A DNA stretch of 64,000 bases from Klebsormidium nitens (taxonomy: Eukaryota; Plantae; Klebsormidiophyceae), in NCBI GenBank assembly GCA_000708835.1, contig DF237151.1, positions 82,592 through 146,591 on the forward strand. Direction: 5' to 3'. Both the position numbers and the translations under genes were made by a program. The notes under the pieces are model-generated. The model was not told where the DNA came from. It saw only the letters and a list, made by a program, of their open reading frames with translations, and ran no database searches. Below, piece by piece: positions 14,100 through 29,100 of this stretch (positions are counted from its first letter, which is position 1; the number at the start of each line of letters is the position of its first letter).

Positions 14100-16280
14100 A
14101 TTGACCAACTTAACACTTCCAGTATCGGAAACGTCAGCACCCAATACAACTTTGCTTGGGGCAAGTGCGACATATATGACGGCCCCAATATTTCGTTCGG
14201 TGCATCACAGTCAGAGTCACTGGCGTCGAACTACCAGCTTGCGAATCTGGAAGGGGTTTATAAAAAGTAACTGATAATCAACTAGGATCCGCAAAAGGCA
14301 GGCCGACCCTCCCACAGATTCATCTCGACACAGAAGACCGTCTCAAATATGCAACCATACAAGGAGACGTCGTCGGCTTGAATCTCAATCTTCAGCGACC
14401 ACTGAGAAGCACGCTCCCCGGGCCGCTTTTTTAACCATACGCATACTCCAGGTTCGCTGTTTACCTGCCACGTCGTAATCCGAGCGTGCTCGATTGGCGG
14501 CGACCGCAGCAGCGTTATTGCTGCTTCATGATCACAGACGCCCAAAAGGCTGTTCGAGACCGCCATTCTCACCACTTCAACCAAACAGGTTTCGGGCTTC
14601 GAGTGGTACACGGATTCGTTTGCGCGCGGTTTGAGGAGGCGCCAGCATGACGGCTCAAGTGCATTTGGCTTTCAGAAAAACAAACTTCAACCAGAGCAGC
14701 ATCAGTCCAAGCATGCGAGGACATGGGCGCCATTTGGTGGTCGCCCAGATCGAACCCTGCACTCGTCATTGCTGCACGTGCAATCTCATTGTTCTTTCCC
14801 TCGCGCCAGCAACTTTTCGACACCTTCAGAAACCGGACCAGCGTAATTAGATAAGCTTTCTGGACGGTAGTGAAGCCTACAAGACTGATGACAAGATCGC
14901 AAAGCGCGCAGTACACTGCTTAGAAAGTCAGAGAAAAAGAGGTCCAGAGGAACAAAGTGTTTCGAACCAGACAGAGTACGGTTGCCCAATCTGCCGCAAA
15001 AGAAACAGGCTTGCTAAACAAGGTGGATAAAATCCGTCCGAGCACGATTGAGAACGGATGGACATTCGAGTCCTCTGCCAGTTGGAGCTTGGGTCACGGC
15101 AAACGGGCTTCTCGAAAAGCACCAGAATAGTAGGGCTGACTTGCAGCATCAGCACGCAGACTTCGTGTGCGTGTGTGTGAGGCGCTTTTGATGTTCGCGC
15201 ACCCAGGTCTTTCAGTGCATCACGGCTTTCGGGAAAAAGTTTCCACCTAAGTAGCAACTCGACTGCTGTCGAAATGGATGAAAGAAACTGAATTGTTTCA
15301 TGTGAGTCGCTGGTTTTGCAAGCCAAACAGGTCGAAGAAGCCGACGAGCCCACCAAAGTTGCGAAGCTTAACAAAGAATTCAGTCCGAAAACAGAGTTCA
15401 TAGAATCTTCAGTGGAACCATCCCCATTTGGTCGCAACTCCAAAGAGCTGACAATCAACGTCCCAACTTTGTTAAGGAAGGAATATTTGGTGCAACGAGG
15501 TGTTATCAAGGTCCGAGCATCAGACAGTCGCGCAGAGATTGTGGGGCATTCGCGATGCCCCGCTTACCGTCGCACCCGCACATCACTGCTTCGAAGCCAT
15601 TAACTGGCTCTTGTGGTTATCTTAGCAAACCTGAGGACCGCTTCGATCAGAAGAGCTCTTCGGCCATCTGCTTAAAATACCATAGGTACCCTTTGGCCCC
15701 AACGGAGGTAAGTCCAGCTCCGCGGCGCCGGACGGAATCATCACAACAAGCAGCGGACGCCTCGATGACCGAAAACAAGGCTTTTGTACGTGTAGGATCT
15801 CGATCGATCTGGTGTGGTGCTTGTGTAGAAAGCTCAGATAGACTTAGCATTTAAGTAGGATTGAAGGAGACGGCTTCCCATCACAACATACGGCGCGGCG
15901 AAGAGTCAGACCGCCGAGGAACAATGGACCGGGTTTGTCGACCGGGCGCAAAAACATCTCAGCCTTGTCAGAGGTTAAGCAAGTCTAGAGAAACTCAAAG
16001 CCAACATGATGAATCCTAGGTAGATTTGCAACAGAATCAAAGTCGATTACTCATTATGTTCATGCAGTTATTTGCATAAAGGTCTTCCAGGACTTGGTGG
16101 ATGAGGAACGGATGAATGTGGCATCAAAGAAGAGCGTCATAGCCTGGAGCTCCGTCTTGCGTAGCCCCAGGCGTTTGCTCTCATCACGCCCTGTAAAGGT
16201 ACGTACGCGGCTCTGGGTTTCAAGAAGGATGGATACTGAATCCAAGGAACGCCCACAGAACGCTCAGAACTACACCCCCA
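14100..16280 (-). repeat. Segmental duplicate, block A copy 1
   Basis: Shares long near-identical words with 26940-29100, e.g. gtcccaactttgttaaggaaggaatatttggtgcaacgaggtgttatcaag (15461 vs 28281) and ttagcatttaagtaggattgaaggagacg (15844 vs 28680). Also shares ttcgagtggtacacggatt with 19400-20700 (14598 vs 19571). Confidence 0.9.
15136..15246 (-). other. Example of the recurrent ~105-110 nt structured intron element
   Basis: The minus strand reads AG|GTGG...GCCGTGATGCA...GTGCTGATGCTGCAAGTCAG|. The homologous copy at 27954-28059 has the donor CAG|GTGGGTGAGT. This gives a branch-like CTGAT and a CAG acceptor. Confidence 0.6.
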
Positions 16281-16559
16281 GATGCAACATGGGCTGTTCT
16301 GGATTGTGACCGCCCCACTGAATTCTACCCGCCCACTGCCGAAAACGATTCGAACTGTTTCAAAGATTCGATCTTTCTCGGTTGATCACGACAATCTTCA
16401 GAAATTTCTCTTGACTGATGGGAGTAAAAGTAAGCAGATCCGAGGCACGACTTCTAGGATGTACTTATCTGAGAAGGTTAAAGTTTTCCACAGGATGAAG
16501 CTGATTTTTCTGAAATTGACCAGATTCTGGCATACCACACACGTGCCTTCGAAGCTCGC

Positions 16560-19200
16560 GTTAAACTGTTGCCGCAGCGCCTCAAGACAAACCCGTCAAG
16601 GTGAAGAAAGCCCTTTGGTTTATTTGGTGCATGCTCTTTCCATCAAAGAGCAAGCTATGTCGTGCTTCGTAGCATCAGACGCGCTCCCTGAGTGCTTCTG
16701 GGACGCGCAAATGCGAGTGCGCCCAGTCTGGCAGGTACCTCATTGCTGCTTGCCCATCGTACTAAAAGGATAAGCCGAAGCAACGGATGGCTCACACGCA
16801 TTTGAAGAACGCCCATGACGTCCCTCTTGCACCGGCACGCTTGAACCATATTTTTCTCTTCCCCCCGTGGTTTGCCTTCAATCTGTTACTTATCCAATTA
16901 TCTTTCGATCAGATTTTCTGTACCCCGATGAGGCCTATATGGGGCTCAGCACGGACTGTCTCCTCCCGGCCATTAATAGCGACACACTAGGCGGTCGAAA
17001 CGCGAGCAAGCCGGAAGAGGCCTCGCGAAGGAAGAGCATCAGACGTTCAAACGTTTTCGTCTCGCTGCATCGGGAGTCACGGAACCTCACAAAGTAACTT
17101 CAGACCATCTGTTCAGCCAAGGCCCATCTGTCAGAAACCAGGATATTATGAGGGCAGCACTCTTTTAGAGATGAACAGACTTCTCAGATGTCCATTTGAG
17201 CTTATGGTCTGAAACCGGCCCTTCTGCTCCCGGCCCATTGCGGTTTGGCTTCAATAAATCATTCAGACGCAAGCTAGTTAGGCTGAAGAACTCCGGCATC
17301 AGCAACTTGAGGGCAACTGGTACTGGGTGCCCGAGACCCAATCCCGCCTTACAAATCACAGCCGGCCGGCTGGTATTATCGGACTATACGCAACACCAGG
17401 CTCTCACACAGGCTTGGCAAAGCCAGGCTTGTGCAAGAGATAGAAGCGAAGCTAGCAAAAAAGCTGGAAATGAATAGAAGTGGATGCTCGACATCCGTCA
17501 GATCGTCTCAGACGTCGCAATCAGGACGTTAAATGTGCACCATAAAAGTTTCTAAGCCTTGTAGAACGCATGGCCAGCTGTTCTACTAATCGAAACGGGT
17601 TCTAAGGGCAGCTTCAACGTCTATGTATGGAAAAAGACAACATTTCCAATTACGTGCATAACCACGTCTTGGTTGCCCACCAAGCCTCTCCCTTTTTATA
17701 GCTCTTCAAGAGTGAAGCAAAGGAAACAATCCTGATAGCAATCCTGATAGCGAATACTTCTGACGGCAAGCTCTTACTCCTTGCGCTTGTATCAATTGAG
17801 GGGATTTTGCCGAATGCAAACAAAACAACCGAACAATCGATGCTTGCCACGCAACACAGAGAGCGCCTTTAATCAAGTGCTTTTGGTACCAAGAAAGCAA
17901 CTTCAACGGACCGCCCACGACCGAAGCAAGCAGTGCTGAACGGAGCTCGTCTGTCCGCTAAAAACAACCACATCATGAAGAAGAGAAGTGCGATCGTACA
18001 ATGCTAAGCAGAACTAGGGCCGGCGTCTTTTCGTATCTTTTTCACGCACCCTCAACGTTACAGCTTGTGATTTGGTAAGAACGGCTTCCGCATTTGCAAA
18101 GCGGACTGGCCAGGGCTTCTCAGATCTGATTGAAATAAATCGTCAACACTGCGTTCTCTAAGAAGTAGTAATGCATAGATGGCGCTGCAGGCATCACCCC
18201 TCCAAATAAGTCTTATTGAGACGGCATTTCGAGGCCTCAAAGTGATGAGCGCATCAATGCCGTGCCAAGAAAGCAAATACCGTTTGGGTCCGGTTGAGGA
18301 CAACAGCCTCACTGGCAACGAGGAGCGCAAGGCGCCGAAGTTATCAACAACGGGCGACTTGAGCCGAGTGACGGCTGCGAAACTCACTGCGTGGCAGGGA
18401 AACGGTGGGTCTCAAAGTATGCGCACCACGGCAAAGGCTTCACAAGTTGCTCAACCAACTGGACGTAGACAGTCTCATAAAGGATCCACAAACTGAAGTA
18501 AGGATTAGAGATCGCCAAAGTATGCGATCACAGGCGCTCGCGACCGCAAACTTGCGATCGACACAGAGTTCGTGGCCTGGCTTCTCAAGAACGCAGCACT
18601 CTTTGGCATAAGGCAACCAAAGCGTTCGCTACCATTTACTTCCAGCGGAAGTTTGCTTGGGGGCTCCCCATTCGTGATTGTGCGTCACTGCTCCATGCAA
18701 GCATTCCCAAATCGAAGGCATACAGATTTCACAATCACTTAACCAGGGTCGCCAAAAGTGCAGATTGAGCGGAACATGAACGAGCGTCCCTGAAAAGCGT
18801 TAGTGTCCGGAAGAGATGGGGCCGAGTAACGCGGGGGGACTCTAAATTCCCTGGCTCCGAGGTTCTTGCAAACTAGAAAGGCATAAATCACGCTGCGGAA
18901 TATTAGTTAGGATTCGAGCAACAAATGAAGACGAACCGCCAACCCGAAACATGCGGCTGCAACACTTGCAGACCGGCCCAGTGTCATCGTGACAGGGCTA
19001 TAATCTCAATAGTTGGCGTGCTTTTGAAGGAAGCGAAGCACCGCTTGATGAGAACCTTCCCGCCACGTGTACGGCTCATCGTGAGATGCTCTGGCAAACG
19101 AGCAACTTTGGCCGGGCGACCTTGAAACTTTTCAGGTGCCCCAGCCCAGACTGCGCACATCATGGCCGCATCACGACAGCCGGACAAATCCTCGCTTAAC
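16560..19200 (-). repeat. Segmental duplicate, block B copy 1
   Basis: Colinear with 24300-26600: tcgtgcttcgtagcatcagac (16660/24338), ggacgtt(c)aaatgtgcacc (17523/25061), gtatctttttcacgcaccctc (18033/25538), gtccggttgag...aacagcctcactggcaacgag (18288/25699), tcaggtgccc(c)agcccagactgc (19132/26560). Confidence 0.9.
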
Positions 19201-19399
19201 TTCAGAACCGAGTTATTGCGCCATGTATGGCGCACTTGTTTCTGAGGGTACAGAGTTCCGCTCTGGTCTATTTGAACCTTCTTTTTCAACTTTGGACGTC
19301 GTGACCGGGCCTACGGCCTTAAATGGCACAGAGTTCGACCCATACACAATTCGGCAAGCCTTTCTTTTCATTTGACACGTGTTTAGAGAAGTTGAGGTA

Positions 19400-20700
19400 T
19401 GGATACCGGCCAGTACTTGAGTGTCACTGCGAATCGATCGAAGATTTTACTATTTAGTAGGAGACCACTCGATTTGCCGGGGACCGCAACAACGTTATTG
19501 CTGCCTCGCAGATGCCCAAAAGACTTTTCGAGGACGCCCTGTTCACCACTTCAACCAAAAGGTGTCGGGCTTCGAGTGGTACACGGATTTGTCTGCGCGC
19601 GGTTTGAGGAGGCGCCAGCATAACGTCTCAAGTGCAGTTGGCTTTTAGGAGAAAAACTCTAGAACCACAGTAGCATCAGTGCAGCGGGATCGGACATGGG
19701 CGCCAGTTGGCGCCTTTCCCGAACCCGGCACGCGTCATTGCTGCTCACAATCTGGTAGCTCTCTTGACACGCGCCAGCAATTGTCCACGTCGGGATCCGG
19801 ATCAGCGTGAATAGATAGAGATCTCTGGACGGTAGTGAAAGGCGACGCGATAGCAAAGCGTGCATTACACGTCTCAGGAAGTTGGAGAGATTGAAGACCA
19901 AAAGAACGAAAGCCTTTCGAGGCAGAGTAAGGCCGCCGGATCCGCTGCAAAGAGACGGGCTTGTAAGAGCAGGTGGCAATCAATCCATCCGGAAAAGTTT
20001 CGAAGAGGAAAACGAACGATGGCGTTCTTTTCTGGGGCACGTCAGATAAGCTATACATCCGCCAGATTAGTGTGGCCGAACTGTGGCATCAGCACGAGAT
20101 TCAGACAGACGTGTGAGGCGCTTTTGATATACGCTCACCCAAGTTCTCCAGTGCATCACAGCTTTGAAACAATCACCCGACCAACCAGCAACTCGACGGC
20201 TGTGGAAACAAAAACTTAAATTCTAAGAATGAATGCTTACAATCGGAGGAATCGTCTCATGTGGATTGATGACTCTGCAATGCAAGCCGAAAGTTCGAAG
20301 GATTCGAATGGCCCACAAACGAGAAGCTTCGAATAAGGTCGGTTTCGAACGGATTTTTTACAATGTTCAGCATGCGGCACCATCACCACTTGTTTGCGAC
20401 TCCAAAGCGCTGACAATCAACCCAACTCTTTTGAGGAAGAGATGGTGCGACGAGGTGATAAAGGTCCGAGCATCAGACGGTCCCGATCAGCGAAATGTTG
20501 GGGCAAGCTTTATCATGCCCCGCTTAATCCTGCACACGTACATCCTTGCTTTGAGGCAATTTTCCCTTTTTCAATCATATTGTTATTGCGGATCTTGGAA
20601 AGACGTTGTAATCTTTCAGAAGAGCTCCTCTAAATGAGAAGAAATCTGCTGACGTCCTCTCTTTAATTTAAGTTCTGCAGAGAGTAGTATCAGAGTTCTG
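19400..20700 (-). repeat. Segmental duplicate, block A copy 2 (more diverged, shorter)
   Basis: Colinear matches to 14490-15660: caccacttcaacc...ttcgagtggtacacggatt...gcgcgcggtttgaggaggcgccagcat, gtgtgaggcgcttttgat, aaggtccgagcatcagac. Confidence 0.85.
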
Positions 20701-23700
20701 ATAATCGGACTACTGAGCTTTCGATCACGAAGCCCCGTTTTGCCACGCTCATCACTGCTGCTAGGCAGCTTTCCCGGACACCATCAAACGCCTGTTGGAT
20801 GATCCAAAGTTTAAATCTGCAGAGACCGCCGGCAAAAGGCTGACTCTGTTTGATGAGAGCGTTTCAAGGTCGACCATTCATATTGTATTGACAACGTTGG
20901 ACCTTGGTTACAGACTTGATCGATCAGAAGTCGAGGACGCCAAGCGACGGATTCCAGGCAAGCAAACTTGCCAACAAAAAGCACGTTGACGAGTAAACGA
21001 GGCCGCATCTTTTGGATTCACAGCAACGTCGGTGTAGAGAATATATCTATGACCGCCTTCGCACACACTAATGCTGGGGCACCAATTTTGGGTCTCCAGC
21101 AAAAATCTGGTGCTCGTCAATATTATTGCTGCTTGCGACTTGGCAGGCGCTATTTAGCGCTGGTCTAACAGTCTCCATACAAATTTTGGCGGTTCGGAAA
21201 AAGTTATCCTGGAAGATGACGAGCGCATGAGCTTGAAATAGAAGAACGCGCAATATCTGAACGAGCTCGAAATGGAAGGAAACGGCCACATCAATATTGT
21301 GACCCGTAAACCTGACCGGATACCACCAGTCCAACGAAACGGTAATAAACAGTCGACTCGTGAAAGCACAGCCCACCGCAGTCCTCCGCGGACTGAGTTG
21401 GAAGCGTTCTTGAGTATGTAGATGATCTTCTGAAGAGGAATTCGTTGAGTCATGCGAAACGTTTGCTACTTTCCTTAAACTAGAAGGCCGGGGTGCTCTG
21501 GGGCATCAGTATCTTATGGTTATGTTCGCTTAAGGCACTGTATAGAAACACGTGCCTCGTTTCTTCTAGTGCTGCATCAAGGCTCTCCTTCATACGCTTA
21601 GCCGGCTTCATGGGGACGAGATGGCTGTGGAAGGAATTCAAACAGTGAACTTAGGAGAGTGTTTCATAAAAATCACTCAATCTGCATGTATTGAACAATC
21701 TTGACAGTGAAGGGTGGAAGCATGTATGCGCCTCCAAGAAGCGTAAAACTCTGAAAAATCCAGTCTCAGATACTCTAGGGGATGAGATAATCATCTCAAT
21801 CGTTTGCGGTTCCAAGTGTAACTGTCAGTGGATAAGCGATATATGTGCAACGAGGTTGGCGCTGGACGGAGCGTCAGGTCGCACAAAATCGAGAAGATAC
21901 TTGAGCTTTTCCGATGCCCAACTTGTGGGTGCACATCATTGCTTCCGGGCAGGTCTCCTGATTATTATCGAATAAAGTTTCTCAGACTGAGTAATGAGCA
22001 CCGCCATCGACCGTTCCGAAGCAAGTAAACAAAGATTTTAAAGTTCGCCAAAACGTACAACACGAGTGCTTCTACACCAAATATGTCAATGGGAGCATGC
22101 GAACTCAGCTATGCCACTAGCCAGATTCCTTAACGCACTCGTCACACCGGCGATTTCTCTGGCGCTGGTATTGGGCCTAGTTGCCAATGAATGGGACTTT
22201 CCCTGACGGGCCTTGCTCATAAAAGAAAAGCGGCATGTCTTCGGTTTAAGCAGCACCAAGCTTGCAAGCCACGAAAAGAAGGTGGTATGGAGGGCCAATT
22301 AACTCAAGTTCTTCCCCAGTGTTCGGCACTGTCGTCATCGCTGCTCGTAGATTAACAGCAGGTGAAGGTCGCCCCCACAGTCGCCCCGTGCAGGCAGTCA
22401 ATTGTCGAAGAAACAACAGTGCATGGTCAAGCTGCCAGGCACGGCCTCTTTTCAAATTGGACGAGCATTCAAAACCGCTAGGACCTCTCCTTGTCTAGTC
22501 AGAGAGCCTCTGATGAAAGGCATTATTCAACGCACGTGCGCATGTGGGCAGCCGCATGCAGAGTATGAAATCGTGGGTCTCAAGCACCATAAGAACTTTC
22601 TGAAGCAGAAGACTGCATACACGAAGTGTGCCCTAGCTCAGTATTATTGCCCATGTGGCGCAAGAAGAAACTTCGAGTCTCTCAACAGAGGAAGGAAGCA
22701 GCGGAGGTGGGCAGTTGTATATCGGGAGTGTTTGGTCACGAGGTTGATGCCCCATGGAGGGCGCAAGAGGGCGTCAGAACCTAGAAAACTTCATCATGGG
22801 CAATTAGAGTGCCCAAGCCTCGATCCATCTCAGCCGCTCGGCAAGCTTGGGAAGTGGCTTCCATTGCAAGTGGGAAAATTGAGTTGGTGCGCGCATTCAA
22901 GTTGCTCAATCTAAATAACGTTGGCATGCTCTGAAGGTATTTAAGCAGAAGCAAGACTCAGAGCTGGGTCAGAAGCTGGAAAACTGACCTTCTGCTGCAA
23001 GGCCAGGCAGCCTTACGACCCGAAATTGAGCGGAAAGTGAAACCAGAAGAAAATTGGAGAGAAGCGTCCCTGGTGGGTCATATTGGAAAGAAGTTGCGAC
23101 TCAAGTTTTAGCAAGACTGCGATCCCATTGGATATCAATCGTGCTCGGAAGTCAAGACGCCAGGTTGCTCAACCTTGACGCCGACTGACCAAAGATAAGG
23201 CCCACAAGGGCTCCTTCGGAAGATTCTTCATGCATCAAACATGAAGTGTCCAGAACATTATTTTCTGTTTCAGCCCGCACGGTTTGCAGCATCGGTGCGT
23301 ACTCACCAGCACAAACTGTGGTCTTCAACAAGTCGTACCCCAATGGTTATTCCTCATTGAGCACTCTCTGAGGATCCCCTACGCTTTCGATTTGGACCAA
23401 GAACTGTGTCAACACATCCGCAAGACAGTCAGACAGCAACAGACACCTAGGGTTTCAAGGTACTCTCCTTGGGCCGGATTATTTTCTCGGTCAGACGCTT
23501 CCTGGCAAGCGGTTAACGCTGCCTCTTGGCACAAAAACTGCCAAAACTTGCCCCCGTACTCTTCGCATCCAGACAGACATCGAGAATCCGCCATCAGGGA
23601 GTGACGCACAAACGAAATCGCCATGAGTCAAGGTACGAACAGATGGCGCAGCAAAAATAGATAGAATCTTCGCGAGAAAAAGGACATCGATCGTCTGTGG

Positions 23701-24299
23701 AGCACAAGCAAAGTAACATACGAGCGCAACAATCGTTCCTGTCAGCGCAGCTTCTCGGACGCTCCATGGCGTGACTTTTGGTTGGACGGTGCAGAAAGTA
23801 GTCCAACTCTATTCTCGAGCACGATCATAAGCAACGCGCCGGAGGCCGCGTGAACAGCATCATTGAAAATCTGAGGAGATCTCTTACCGAACGAGTGCGC
23901 TACAAAAAGATGAATGCATCGTCACTTGTCTTCTAGGTACGTTCAAATGGAAGTAGAACGGTTAATTTCAAGCCCCTGTCATCTGTGACGTCATGCCCAT
24001 ATTCACCGGGACCACCCTTGAAGCTAATTCTGTGTAGCTAACGTGGAAAACAGTTGGAACTCTATCACAAGACGTATTTTTCGCTGTGTCGATTGCACAG
24101 AACGGTCAAAAGAAACCCCTCAGAAGCGGCGAGGCCACATTTATAAAAGAGATTACTGCGAGGCACGCATAACAATCTGGAGGCAAGTTGTACACTCTGC
24201 GAAACTCAACATTCTGAGATCAACGAAAGCCTGACTCGAGTCAAACGTGCCTTAGAAGCCCACCTTCCATAGCTGCGGTTGGTCACCAAAGACTATTTT

Positions 24300-26600
24300 C
24301 AAGATTAGCGAAGCTTTAGGTGCTGAATAAGCAGAATCGTGCTTCGTAGCATCAGACTCGTCTTTAGCCTTGCCTCTAGGATTCGAGAGCGCCCATTCTG
24401 GCAGTTGCCTCATTGCTGCTTGCAAATCGTACGTATCAAAGACTAACCCTGAAGCAACGGATGGCCCACGAGCCTGTAACGAGCGCCCGTGACGTTGCTC
24501 ACGCAAATACTTGGAAAGAAAGGTGACGCACAAGACCGTAAAGTGCAGACGCGCCGAAACAGGCCCCGGCAAAGCAAAAGCGTATCACAAATCTTTTTTT
24601 GCTGCGCTGAGAGTTACGGAAACTGACAAAGTACCTTTGGCAAACCTGTTCATAAATTAGCAAGGCGCACAATTAAATGGGAACCAGGATATAACAAGGC
24701 CCGAAGATTTTCAAACCCCGCGTAGAACTGCTAAACAATATTGAATGGGCCGTTACCGCACTTCGTCAAAGGCCCGCCCCGTTTAATTGTGCTCCATCCG
24801 TCTCGTTTAATTGGAACCTCAAGGTATCAGTCGCACAAGCCATTGCTACTTAGATTAATCAATTTCGGCATCAGAAAAAGAAAGAAGCTGTAACTGCAGT
24901 GGGGCGCGAGGCCCCAATTCCGCCTTGCACATCACAGCCGGTTGGCATCCCCGCAAACTCAAATACCACTGGTAGGCTCTCTTGGATCTTGAAAGCAAAG
25001 CTAGCCAACAAACTGAGAGTAAATAGAAGCGGATGTTTAATAATTATCAGACGTCACAATAGGACGTTCAAATGTGCACCGTCAAAAGATTGAAGCCTTG
25101 CAATACGTGTCCAGCTGTATCAGCGTAACGTATTTCAAGAACAGCATCAATGGAGGGAAAACGACGATAAGCCCACTAGGTCGCTCACAAAGGCTCGTCC
25201 CTCGTAGTCGCTCTTCGTTAAACACAGATCAGAGGAGGTTCTTCTGATAGCAAATACTGCACCCGGCAAGATCGGATTGGTTCGCTTTGATGATTGAGGA
25301 CATTGAAAGAGTGCAAACAAAAGCAACCAAGCAATCGATGCTTACCACGTACGCAATTTGAAGAGCGCCGTTAAAGCAAATAGTTTCTGTGACACGAAAG
25401 GAACTTCAAAGACCGCGGCCAACGCGGATGAAGAAAATAGTGGTGAAAGGTGCTCGTCAGTCCGCTAAAACAATCGCATCATGGAGGAAAGAAGTCGATC
25501 GTAGAATATAAAGCACAAGGGCTGGCGTGTCTTTTTGTATCTTTTTCACGCACCCTCGATCAACGTCACAGTTTGGGTTTGGTAAGAACCGACGTCCGCA
25601 TTCGCAAAGAGGACGTGCGAGGGCTTTCTGAAGGTGGGAAAGATTCAAACACCTGTCAACACTGCGCTTTTAAAATAAAAAGGTTGAAACCCATCAGGTC
25701 CGGTTGAGACAAACAGCCTCACTGGCAACGAGTAGCGCGAACGCCGAGATTGTTGTGGAAATGAAGTGGAGCATATTGAGATGGCTGCGCGCAACTGAGC
25801 GTGACAGGGAAAACGGCGGTCTCGATCGAGTCCGCACGCCACGGCAAAATTTCAAACGTCGCTCAGACCAAACAATGTAAGGCAGTCTGATGAAGTATCC
25901 GAGTCCAAAAGTCGAAGGGTTGAATCCATGAAGCATAATACATCTGCTACCTTTCAAGTCTCATTCGCCCAAAAGCCTTTGGACATGGGCCCGCATGGCT
26001 CAATCTCAAAGACAAAACACTCATTTCAGGTCATAGGGCAATCAGAGCGTCTGGTATTCTTCCCTTACTGAGAAGTCTTGTGGGCTCCCCAAAGATTGTG
26101 CGTCATTGCTATCTGCGAGCAGCCCCAAACCAAAGGCAGGAGTAATCCGAGACGACTTTACGAGGATCGTCAAACATGCAAATGGAAAGGAACATGAGAA
26201 GCGTCCAGAAAAGGCCCGGGCTTCAGCGTCCGGGAGAGATGAGGCCGAAACAATCTGGACATGCAGAATCTAACATTTGGACCGAGGTCCTTCCAGAATA
26301 CTACTGAGAAACCACGCTGGGGATTCAAAAGTCGAAGATCCGAGCATCGGACAAAGACGAAAGTCCTATTTAGATCAGGTTGCACCACTTGCAAGACAGA
26401 CCGGTCCCACGTCATCTCGACAAGGCTACAATTTCCATGTTAGCTGGCTTGCTTTTCGAAGGATTCTACGTGCCGCCTGATGGGAACGTGCCTGCCACGT
26501 AAAGGGCTCATCGTGCGGTGACCAAATGGAGCAATCTTGGGGGAAACTTGGGATTTTATCAGGTGCCCCAGCCCAGACTGCACATCATAGCCGCATGACG
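24300..26600 (-). repeat. Segmental duplicate, block B copy 2
   Basis: See block B copy 1. Each B copy is followed by an A copy, giving a B-A unit repeated at least twice. Confidence 0.9.
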
Positions 26601-26939
26601 ATGCAAAGAGCCCTCTTCAAAACGGTGTCCTTACATGCATTTTCACGTGCTTTGTAAACACGTTGGAAGACTGCTGTTTCAAGGAAGGGTGCACCTCGAA
26701 GCGACCCCTGCGCTCTTTCCACTCTCAGGCTTTCATGTGAAAAAAGACTTCTCTTTCGACGTTTAATGTGTCACCTTGGAGGAACTTTGGTAGAGCTGGT
26801 TCCGCGATGTTAGCAGAAGTAAGATTGAAGAGGAAAGGGATCTTTCGGCCTTACAAGACGCCAGGTCAGCCTTTTGGATGCTACTCACAACATAATGTGC
26901 CTGAAAGCAGGCAGGGATCATTTCCAAGTTTTCGTTTGA

Positions 26940-29100
26940 CGATGTTGACCAACTTAAATCTCCGGAAACCGGAAATGTCAGCAGCATTCCACCCTGCCTG
27001 AGGCAAGTGCAACTATGACGCCCCAATTGTTTCCGGTGCATCACAGTCACAATTGCTGGCTACAAAACCCCAGCTAAAGGGCTTGGTGTGAATTGTTGAA
27101 AAGAAGACCGCGAAATGCAGGGCAAAGTCCTCTACGCACAGACCATTAAGTATGGACATTAGTAAAGCTGTCTCATGTAAGCAACCTCGTGCCAAGGAAC
27201 GCTGCAGGCATTATACCTTCTTCCGTGAAAGAGCAGATCGGGATCAAGCACGGTCCTCTTTTTGAGGTCGGCATTTACCTGCCACTTGCGCCGAGCGTGC
27301 TGGAAGTGGCGGCGACCTTGGCAGAGTTTTTGCTGCCTCGTAGACGCACAGCTAGAAGGCTGTTCGAGGACGCCCCTCTTCACCACTTCGATTGAATCAA
27401 ATTCAGGTTTCGAGTGTTACACGCAACGGATTGCGCGCGGCATGTAGAAGCGCCAGGATGACCGTACGTCTGAAGTGCATCTGGCTTTCAGAAGAACAAT
27501 AGATTGTGGAGCCACAGCAGCATCAGTCCAAGCAGGCGAGGACATGGGCACCATTTTGTTGTCTCCCAGATCGAACCCGGCACTCGTCATTGCTGCCTGC
27601 AATCTCATTGTTCTTTCCCGCGTGCTAGCAACTGTCCACATGTTAAGAAACCGGACCAGCGTAATTAGATAAGATCTCTGGAAGGTAGTGAAGCCACAAG
27701 ACTGATGAGGAGATAGCAAAGCGCGCAGTACACGGTTCAGACTGTTGCAAAGGAAGAGGGCAAACGAACAACTTGTTCTTGAAACAAACAGAGTACGGAT
27801 GCCGAATCTGCTGCAAAAGAAACAGGCTTGTCAAACAAGGTGGAATAATCATTCCGAGCACCATTCAGAGAAAAGGATGGCCATTCAAGTCCTCTGCCAG
27901 TTGGAGATTGGGTCACGGCAAACGGGCTTTGAAAATTCACCAAAATAGAAGGGCTGACTTGTAGCATCAGCACGCAGACTCCAACTGTGTTTGAGGCGCT
28001 TTTGTGTTCGCGCTCCCAGGTCTTTCAGTGCATCACGGCTTTCGGGAAAACTCACCCACCTGGCAAGCAACTCGACTGCTGTCAAAATGGATGAAATGGA
28101 TGAAACAAGTTGAATTGTTTCATGTGAGTCGCTGGTTTTGCAAGCCAAACAGGTCGAAGAAGCCGACGAGCCCACCAAACTTGGGAAGCTTCAAAGAAGT
28201 CAGTCCGAAAACAGAGTCCATACAATCTTTCAGTGGAACCATCCCCATTTGGTCGCAACTCCAAAGGGCTGACAATCAACGTCCCAACTTTGTTAAGGAA
28301 GGAATATTTGGTGCAACGAGGTGTTATCAAGCTCCGAGCATCAGACGGTCGCAACCAAAGAAAGTTGGGGCTTAAAAGATGCCCCGCTTAGCTTCGCACA
28401 CGTACATCACTGCTTCGAAGCAGATTTTCCCTTATTAGCATCATCTGGCTCTTGCGGTTATCTTCGAAACCCTTAGGACGCTTCGATCAAAAAAGCTCTC
28501 CGGCCATCCGCTGAAAACACAACAGGACCCTTTGGCCCCAACGGAGGTAAGTTCAGCTCCGCGGTGCCGGGCGGAATCATCACAACAAGCAGCGAACGCC
28601 GCGATGACCGAACACAAGGCATTTGTGTGGGATCTCGATCGATCTGGTGTGGTGCTTTTTGGAGAAAACTCAAATAGAGTTAGCATTTAAGTAGGATTGA
28701 AGGAGACGTCTTCAGCCAACCGTAATCTACGGCAAAGAGTGAGACCGGGGACAAATGGCCAGTGGGCGCTCTTTTGTCAGCCTTGTTAGGAGTTCAGGCA
28801 AGGCAGGAGAAGCCTCAAGGCTAAGATCACGAATTCCAGGTGGTGTTGCAAAGGGATCGAGTAGCTTTCTATGTACTCGCTCTTGGCATGCGTGAAGGTC
28901 TTCTAGGACGTAATGGTTGAGAAACAGTTACGACAGTGGCATCAGAGAAGAGCGTTTCCGCCTTGAGCTCCATCTTGCGTAGCCCCAGGTATCCGCGCTC
29001 ATCACGCCCTCTAAAAAGTACGCGGCTTTGTGTTCCAATCAGAGTCCGGAGATCAAGAAGACGCCCAAAGAACGCTCAGCCCTAGACCGCCATATGCTAT
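26940..29100 (-). repeat. Segmental duplicate, block A copy 3
   Basis: Colinear with 14100-16280 throughout, roughly 80% identity by eye, with indels. Confidence 0.9.
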